DNA of 18,170 bases. Source: Tubiluchus corallicola (Eukaryota; Animalia; Priapulida). Where the stretch lies: contig JAQGDQ010002003.1 of assembly GCA_030141605.1 (NCBI GenBank), positions 1 through 18,170 of the forward strand, read 5' to 3'. The translations under genes and the position numbers were made by a program. Positions within the stretch are counted from its first letter, which is position 1, and the number at the start of each line of letters is the position of its first letter. The notes beneath the pieces are model-generated. The model saw nothing but the letters and a program-made list of their open reading frames with translations, searched no databases and was not told where the DNA came from. This document shows positions 9,382 to 18,170 of the stretch, in pieces.

Positions 9382-10036
9382 TTTCCTAACAAGAAAAATA
9401 TTTAATTAACAAATTAAACTTATGTATTATACTAAATTTCGCAAAAAGTAGACAATTATTCAGTTTGTGCTAAATTTTTTTGGTAGTCAAAGTTAAGCAG
9501 TCGCAAAAAGACTATGAAGCATTATCAAAGAACGCCTGGATTAAGTTTAGATTTTGCCGGTTTAGTAGCGAAAACTGTTTAAAAGAGAATTTTGATACGT
9601 TCAATATTTTGATGGCTTAGAGGTAAACGTATTATGTAAAATTTGCAATAAATTAAGACATTTGTGCTGAATTTCCTTCTTAGCAAAAATTAAACAAAGT
9701 CGAAAAGCTGAAAGAGACAAAAACAGGGATAGGTTTTTACATTTTACGTTTTTAAACAGTTTCCCTTACTGGCTCGTACGTTTCAAAATGTAAAATAATT
9801 TCGTCTCAATCTTGCTACTCCTATATCGTAGATAAAGTTTGTTGTAAATGTTAAGATAAAACGAAACATCTTGTAAGTTTACTCTTCAAAAAATACCACT
9901 GAATGTATCAAGAAATCTTTCAAACCTTTTAAAAAAAGTTGCCGTTTGTAACGATAAAAAACGCAGTTCATAAGATGACTAAGTCATATACTAAAACTTC
10001 AAAATGCTTACTTTAGTATTACTAAAAAATACTTAC

Positions 10037-10119
10037 AATTATAAGTTGAGTTGAGATTCGTGTGGTACTGCAGACGACAGGCGTATGGTATCAACACCGG
10101 TCACACCACGCCTTAAATA
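10037..10119 (-). promoter_or_regulatory. Probable core promoter and non-coding exon 1 of gene A
   Basis: Minus-strand TATTTAAG at 10119-10112, a plausible start about 30 nt downstream (about 10086-10089), and a consensus GTAAGT donor at 10036-10031 that can pair with the acceptor at 9387-9386, 4 nt before the ATG. Confidence 0.6.
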
Positions 10120-10809
10120 CTCCCATCGGCTGGTGACCATGAGAGTTGAGCACTTTATCACAGATACCTGAAGTCAGCAGCAGCAGTAGCAACCGGATTT
10201 TTAACGAACAACCTTCGTCCTAAACGACAGTCACCCATCAAAATAAAAGCGTTATTTTCTGTCCTGAGAGACCGCGCGTGTAATTTACAGCCCTAGCAAG
10301 GCGGTTACTGAACGTGAAACAAACAGAAAAACAATGACGTCTCTGTGCATTACCAGTGTAAATTAACGTTAGTGGAAGGTTGGAAAAACGGCTTTTATTT
10401 GAATGCATCTGTTTTGTTGATACTGCTAATTATTTTCCCTAAAACAACTCGAAGGGTACAGGGGGCTAAGTGATTTGTCGTTAATTGTGCGCAATTACTG
10501 AAACAGTGTAACCTTCGAGTTGCACAATATGATATGCCGACGTGTTTTAACAGTGTTTGTCAACACTAATGAGTTAATCACTGTAAAATTTAACAGTCCA
10601 ATCAGGTGCTCATTTACCTTAGCTTGTTTGTCTGAATGAAAATTATTCAACTAAACAAACTAAGAGATGTCTAGAGCTACAAATAATTTACTTTAGTCAA
10701 AAAATAATTTATAATAACGTTTTGGTTATTACTTTATTTTTATTCATCAGTTTATTTGTTTATTAATTCTCTCCATCGTTTATTCACACACAGTCATTCA
10801 TTCATTTAT

Positions 10810-11076
10810 TCAGTCAGTAAGTCAGTTAGTCAGTCAGTCAGTCAGTCAGTCAGTCAGTCAGTCAGTCAGTCAGTCAGTCAGTCAGTCAGTCAGTCAGTCA
10901 GTCAGTCAGTCAGTCAGTCAGTCAGTCAGTCAGTCAGTCAGTCAGTCAGTCAGTCAGTCAGTCAGTCAGTCAGTCAGTCAGTCAGTCAGTCAGTCAGTCA
11001 GTCAGTCAGTCAGTCAGTCAGTCAGTCAGTCAGTCAGTCAGTCAGTCAGTCAGTCAGTCAGTCAGTCAGTCAGTCA
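10810..11076. repeat. (TCAG)n microsatellite
   Basis: Read directly; nearly perfect, with degenerate TTCA-like flanks. Confidence 0.97.
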
Positions 11077-11386
11077 TTCGTTCACTCATTCAGTAAATAA
11101 TTTAAAAAACTTACAATTACTTATTTATTTGTGTGATTTATCTGCAGACAATTAAGACAAAATCAATATTCAAGCTATGGAGAAGTAAAAATACAATTTG
11201 ATAAATAGACAAAATGACACAAAACAAACAAATAGTGTAATCTTCAAGAATCACGAAATTGTAATGTGACATGCAATGACATAATCGATGAAAAGTTGAT
11301 CCAAGTTACTCCAAGGTCTTGCATAACCTCACATTTGGTCACTCACTAGCGGAGACGAAAGGTATGCATCTGAGAAATAATGGGTA

Positions 11387-11821
11387 AAAGCCCAAGGAGT
11401 CAAACCAAAGTCCAATCAAATATTTTGAACAACCTCCTGGTTGTGAAAATTGCAGTAATTATCATTTTGAATTTGCCAATGATGGCTTGATTTACTATAA
11501 TAATTATTTCAGTTGAGAGTTTTACAAGTTGTACAAGATGTACTCAAAAACTAATCTCGTTCAGTCAAGATGTGCAGGCTACAGAATCTCCTGGTAAGAC
11601 TGCTATTCGTGGTTAGTTATTACTAGTAAATTAGTTAATTCCAGTTCTTATCGGTTTAGCATGTCCCATTAACTTGAAAAATGGTCATACGTAACACATT
11701 TCTCATTTGTATTTTTCTCATAGGAATATATGATAGCAGCGAAGACAACTCTCTAATCCAATTGTCTGTAGCTTTTTCACAATGCGAGTCTGTGAAAGCG
11801 AGAAAAATAAAAAATGTATGA
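11387..11821 (+). pseudogene. Possible decayed spliced gene fragment with a CxxC-x6-CxxC motif
   Basis: Candidate introns 11455-11512 (GTAATT..tttcAG) and 11594-11723 (GTAAGA..ctcatAG), both phase 1, give KPKESNQSPIKYFEQPPGCENCIESFTSCTRCTQKLISFSQDVQATESPGIYDSSEDNSLIQLSVAFSQCESVKARKIKNV; upstream sequence is interrupted by stops. Confidence 0.35.
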
Positions 11822-13639
11822 TGTGTTATAGGTCTTCTAGATCTACTGGGAAACAGAAAGTCTGACGGGTAGTGTGGTGAAACAGACGAGTTTAATGTGC
11901 CTTTGTTTTCTGAATTCTCTAGTATCCAAAGATTTCAACATATGTAAACGTGCATATTCTGTTGTATTGTATTATACCAGCCGCAGATAGAAACAAAATA
12001 TGTAATTAACTGCATACTGGTGTTTCATTTGTTACGTATGCAGTTCACACAACGCACAGTGTAAATTATTTCCCAATTTGAAGTTCAGATCTGAATAAAA
12101 TTCTTTTCCAATTCCTTCCAAAATTGCCAACATTGAGTGCACCTTATAATAAGTTAGTTCCTTCTGCTGGGCTTATGGAGTTGCAATACATTGGCAATTC
12201 TGTAATTGTAATATTTTGTATATTGTAATGGCTAAATAAACAAATAAATCTAAATTTAAATCTAAATCTTTGGCGATAAGTGTTTCTTTTGGTTTTGAAA
12301 TTGCTCCTCTTGGAGGAAGATGCTACACATTTGAGAACCACAGTGACTACTCTAAACATTATAGCAAAGTCATCCATGGCTCCGTGTTGCTTGACCTTCA
12401 CATAAAAATTGGTCAAATTACAGGAAAATATGGGTGAGTTCTTCCTTTATAATTTGAAACTGTGATCATCTCCAACGAGCAGCCAACTGCAACCACCCCC
12501 CCCCCCCCCCACACACACACACACGATCCCCACTGATTGATTAGGACGTCGCGATAACCAATTGATTGCATTCCTTCCCACAGTTAATTTTACTGTTGCC
12601 TGAAGTCATATGAGACTTTTAAAAAGAATACTGATGAGCGGCTTTGAATATTTGTTACTGCATCTGTACCAGAAGATCCAGGCACCTAACCTTGCTGCAG
12701 ACAAACCTCCCGCCACATCAGGTAATAACTCGTTGAAAGAAAATGCAAAAGATAACTGTTGGCAATAAAAAAATATAAAAATGGAGACTTTTGCCTTAGG
12801 TGTAAAGCCAAGTGAAAAGTTGTACTTTTTTACAGCTTTGCACTAAAAAAAGGGCCCAGTTTCTGTCAGTCACTCGATCATGTCCACCGGGCGTTCTATG
12901 TCATAAGTCAAAAACTGTAAAAAACTGAGCAATTTATGCAATTATAGAACTAGGAGAAGGACAGCATTTGGGATAATGGGTAGCATTGGATGGCTGGTTT
13001 ATCACCACTGAATCAAAGTACATAATTTAAATACGTAAATTTTTAGTTACAGTCCTAAATTTCCAGATTTTATATTCATTGCTGTTTATTTACATGCAAT
13101 TCTTGTTTTTATTTTCTCATTTATTTCACTTTTCATTATATTTCATTTGTTTTTCTGGACTGCTTCACATCTTCTTAGACGAAGTTTATCGGAAAAAATC
13201 AATAAAAAATTCATACTCAAATTACGTTCTCATAACTGGTAGCGATGACCATATCTAACTTTCTTGGCAAAGCAAAACAGTCAGTGAAACAAAATACTCA
13301 TTTGACCTTTTGACGATGTAAGAACTAGGCAGCACGTGACTACATAAGGCTAATGGCTACTAAAAAAAGACGCGGCTATAATAGCGGTAAACATGTGTAT
13401 GTGTTCGAAATGCTGTTTTCGTAAGGCACAAATGGAAGATGCAGGGAATTTACCTTGTTTATTGTAATTGCAAAGGTTGTCAGTTTTGCCGCGATCCCAG
13501 TTTCATTGATAAAACTTCTAAATTATATCATCAGCCATAAAGTCTTGACCGATTTTTCGATAATTTGTCGAATTTCTATTTACCAGAATTTACTAGAATT
13601 TTGCGCGGTAAATATGGGCAAGGAAAAATACGGAATAGA

Positions 13640-13972
13640 GTAGTCACAGGTAAAAAGTCACAGGTAAAAAAGTCACAGGTAAAAAGTCACAGGTAAAAAA
13701 GTCACAGAAAAAGTCAGAGGAAAAGAGTACAGGAAAAAAGAAATAACTCTAACTTTAATCCTAACCCTAATCCTAACACGTAACCTTAATCCTAACACTA
13801 ACACCCAACCCTAACCCTAACCCTAACACCTAACCCTAACACGTAACCTTAACCCTAACACCTAACCCTAACCCTAACCCTAGCCAAAATTAAATGTGAC
13901 TTCTTTCCTAGCCAAAATTGTGATGTGATTTTTTTCCCTTGACTTTTTTGGAGTGGCTTTATTACCGGGAAC
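13640..13972. mobile_element. Foldback/MITE-like element with a telomeric-repeat core
   Basis: Left arm is tandem GGTAAAAA(A)GTCACA units (13643-13740); right arm has degenerate inverted copies (TGTGACTTCTTTCC, TGTGATTTTTTTCC, TGACTTTTTT, GTGGCTTTATTACC; 13895-13966). The centre is degenerate (CCCTAA)n. Confidence 0.6.
13745..13882 (+). repeat. Interstitial degenerate telomeric repeat (CCCTAA)n
   Basis: CCCTAA units mixed with TCCTAA, CACGTAA and CACCTAA variants. Confidence 0.85.
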
Positions 13973-14584
13973 TTATAAAGCAGACTGATCAACCACGATA
14001 CATTTATTATTCGAGTTCTTGTTGTGAATTTTAACAGAGAATCTTATTATTTTCTGCTTTTAGTATCGAAATTCGTGCTAATTATAATCATGATTTCATC
14101 GATACTGTTTTATCGTACACCTGGTTTTATTAGATTCTGCAATCTATCACTGTGTTTTTATTGTTTCTCTTATTTTTAACACTGAATATTAGTGAATAAC
14201 TCCAAAACTAGACAAGCTGGAGTCCGAAAGCTTGCAGTGTGGACACCTGGTGTAGGTGTAGGTACGCAGACAATGATGTAGCGAACGATGGCCTCGGGTC
14301 AAAGGGTTAATGTCAGTATATATCGGTTACTTTTTAGATTGTCGCTTATCTCCTCCTAGGCCTTTCAATTAAAAACAAATTTTTTTCATTATTAATACGT
14401 TGTTTATACATTATTTACACGGTACATTGGATCTAACATATATTTGTATAAGATACTGTGTCTCATTTGCCTAATGCTACTCTTGCGATATTACTTTGTT
14501 TGCTGAAAAAGGTTTGTTGTTTGCTGTAAATAATGTTCTTATTACCAAATGAAATACTATAAATACTACTTGTGCTGTGCTGAG

Positions 14585-15148
14585 CAAGCTACAGCCAAAT
14601 CACGTTGAAAACACCGGTTCTCGTCTGATCACCGAAGTTAAGCAATGTAGAGAGCCTGGTTAGTACTTGGATGGGTGACCGCCTAGGAATACCAGGTGCT
14701 GTGGGCTTGCGGGATGCCCATACTGTATCTCGACACTAGGCGGAGGAGCTGCACAAGCAGCCAACGGCTAGAGGGCGGAGGAGGTCAAGTGACCCAAAGG
14801 CCATGTGTAGAGGAGTAAACCTTCCAAATCAGGAGTGGAGCCCCGAAGGCGGACCAGTGCAGCATGCTCACTGACTCCGGCAGCTCCTGCAGCCAACCTG
14901 GTGCCAAACGTATCGCTCCGCTTTCCTTTGGACTACACCAGGGAGGAAGAGAGGGGGTATCTGTTGTCTGGGCAACTCAGGATCTCTATACACCTTGCCC
15001 AGGCGTGCGCCCTGGAGAGACCACTCCAGTGGTTCAAGGATCGGACTGCTCAGCCACAGTCGACGCTGCAGCTCCATCAATGTGGTCAATAACTGACTCT
15101 CTTGCCGCACACTACATTGTCTTCCGAGACAGAAGGATGACAACAATA
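14585..15148 (+). mobile_element. 5S rRNA-derived SINE (SINE3-type), apparently full length, with target-site duplication
   Basis: 5S-like head, then a GC-rich body of about 430 bp and an ACAACAATA tail. Flanking direct repeat TGTGCTGAG at 14576-14584 and 15152-15160 (ACTTGTGCTG also at 14568-14577 and 15149-15158). No TTTT Pol III terminator occurs until 15177. Confidence 0.85.
14587..14708 (+). rRNA. 5S rRNA-like sequence (SINE head; probably not a functional 5S gene)
   Basis: AGCTACAGCCAAATCACGTTGAAAACACCGGTTCTCGTCTGATCACCGAAGTTAAGCAATGTAGAGAGCCTGGTTAGTACTTGGATGGGTGACCGCCTAGGAATACCAGGTGCTGTGGGCTT follows the animal 5S sequence over its full length, including box A (AGTTAAGC) and box C (TGGATGGGTGACC). 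It is a single copy, slightly diverged, and lacks the downstream oligo-T terminator. Confidence 0.8.
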
Positions 15149-15254
15149 ACTTGTGCTGAGTTAACAAAACATTATCTTTTGTGCAATCCAAAATAATGAC
15201 ATGTAATTGCAAATATACCTGTATCTAGAAGAATTTCAGCAATATTTTTGTTAG

Positions 15255-15775
<521 letters not shown>

Positions 15776-16298
15776 GTTAGTACTAGTTAATAAAACTTTT
15801 GTTGTTTTCAAGTCTGTTCTGTAAATAGGTTCTATTATTCTAAGTGTAAAATCATTGCTTAACGTTGTTCAAGGTTCAGAAGCCTTTGAGCTTAAATCAT
15901 AGGCACAGCAGCTGGTGACTCACATTTAATTTCCTTGTAATCAATATTTAACTAGCTCAAACGGAACTGTTAAGAATGATGCGACTACTCAACAACAATA
16001 TTGATGTTTGCGGTTAAATCTGATGCACTTAAAACCTGAAAGAAAGACGAAGATGGACCGGAAGACAGACCGGAAATTAAATGCTCAGATTGTTGAATGC
16101 TCATTGTTGAATGATATCTTCCTCGATCAGGGAAGGTGAAAGTTGTCATCTGGCAAATAAAATATTACGTTACGTAACATTTATAACAATAACTGGCCGG
16201 TACCGTGGCATACATAAACTGCAATTTGCAATTCTTTACAAATATTTACAGCTCTGTACAACTTCGTGCTCTCGTTCTGATGGTATACTGCGCCGTTA

Positions 16299-17204
<906 letters not shown>

Positions 17205-17269
17205 GATATTATTATGACAGAATAAAATCGTCTCTAATTCGTCCACACGCTTCTCGTCACTACGTTTTT

Positions 17270-17605
17270 CGTCATCATCATCGACGCCATCATCATCAAC
17301 ATCATCATAATCATCGTCGTCATCATCATAATCATTGTCATCGTCATCATCATCAATATCATTCTCATCATCCTCATCATTATCATTATTATCACCACCA
17401 TCATCATCATAATCAGAGTGTCATTATCGTTATGATCGTCATAGTCACATCATCGTCATCGTCGTCACCATCGTCATCATCACGACTATTACGTCTTTTT
17501 GCGCTTCTCTTCATTATTATCATTATCTCTCTGATTGTCATTATCATCATCATCGTCACAGTCAATATTATCATCACCATCATCGTCGTCATCGTCGTCG
17601 TCATC
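17270..17605. repeat. Old degenerate (TCA)n tract
   Basis: TCA/TCG/TTA triplet periodicity with many substitutions. Confidence 0.85.
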
Positions 17606-18170
17606 TTTGTCTTTTGCCATGTCTTCATTGTTAATTAAGCAGTAATTCAGCAATAACCAAGGGATTCTTCTCAAGACCAAGTTTCGTCTTTCAGAATATT
17701 TGTCTAGACAGACAGCACTAGGCGGAGTAAAGACGAGACAACAAGAAAAAGAGAAAAATAATGAATGAGCAACTGAGATATTCTTGTTATTCTCACGCCA
17801 AGACCTTGAACAGAACAATTCAATTCAGCAGAATTATGGACCGGTGAGGGTCTCACAAAACCCAACCATCCCGCTTCCACGATTTTCACGGTAAATTGCT
17901 CAGAAGGACTCTGTTATTACAACTGACACTCAAAAGTCAAAACGACAGACCGATATCTTAAAATGGTGGGAAGTTGCCATTCTTTAATTGGGGCCACAGG
18001 TGATGCTACAGAAATATAACCCCGAGGTTCTAAACTTTAAGAGAAAGATGGGAACAACAAAGAATAACGAAAGCACGAAACAAAATGGCAGCTATCGCAG
18101 AAAATAGCCAATTATTTTGAGACGCGCCACGGTATCCCTATAGCCAGACCTGAACCACTAGGTCGCGAAC

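Noticed and set aside
12632-12660. Hammerhead ribozyme core (CTGATGAG); also a minus-strand CTGATGA...GAAA near 13500-13535
   Set aside because: No convincing stem II or flanking stems, and no correctly placed GAAA at 12632.
13498-13512. 15-nt inverted match (CAGTTTCATTGATAA) to the gene A minisatellite unit
   Set aside because: Single short AT-rich match without context; may be chance.
14290-14310. piggyBac-like end AAAGGGTTAA
   Set aside because: No convincing matching left terminal repeat found in the window.
14587-14708. Functional 5S rRNA gene
   Set aside because: Solitary, lacks an oligo-T terminator, and is enclosed with a downstream body by a target-site duplication.
14835-15212. 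Three overlapping ORFs in the SINE body
   Set aside because: GC-rich non-coding body; no recognisable RT, endonuclease or other motifs.
17704-18040. Possible minus-strand exons at the window end
   Set aside because: Splice phases could not be reconciled and no recognisable protein motif was seen.

Overview
AT-rich, microsatellite-dense animal genomic DNA, probably from a marine invertebrate (spliceosomal introns, invertebrate-type 5S sequence, TTAGGG-type repeats). It is not prokaryotic, and almost all ORFs in the supplied track are repeat artefacts. Reading splice sites by hand reveals two minus-strand genes the ORF track misses. Gene A (CDS 9381..9346 + 8505..8086, plus a probable non-coding first exon near 10037-10089) encodes a complete 151-aa secreted protein whose 133-aa mature part is almost only Gly/Tyr/Arg/Phe. 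Gene B (six phase-compatible exons, 5074..1279, 5' end not found) encodes an acidic protein ending in an atypical Kazal-like Cys motif. Mobile DNA includes an apparently intact 5S rRNA-headed SINE (SINE3-type) with a target-site duplication (14585-15148), a TTAA-flanked non-autonomous DNA transposon (3285-3948) and a foldback-like element with a telomeric core (about 13640-13972). There are two minisatellites and several long microsatellites. One of these, (CTA)n at 15255-15773, is bracketed by a perfect 12-bp direct repeat that looks like a target-site duplication. No database search was possible, so all family assignments are pattern recognition.
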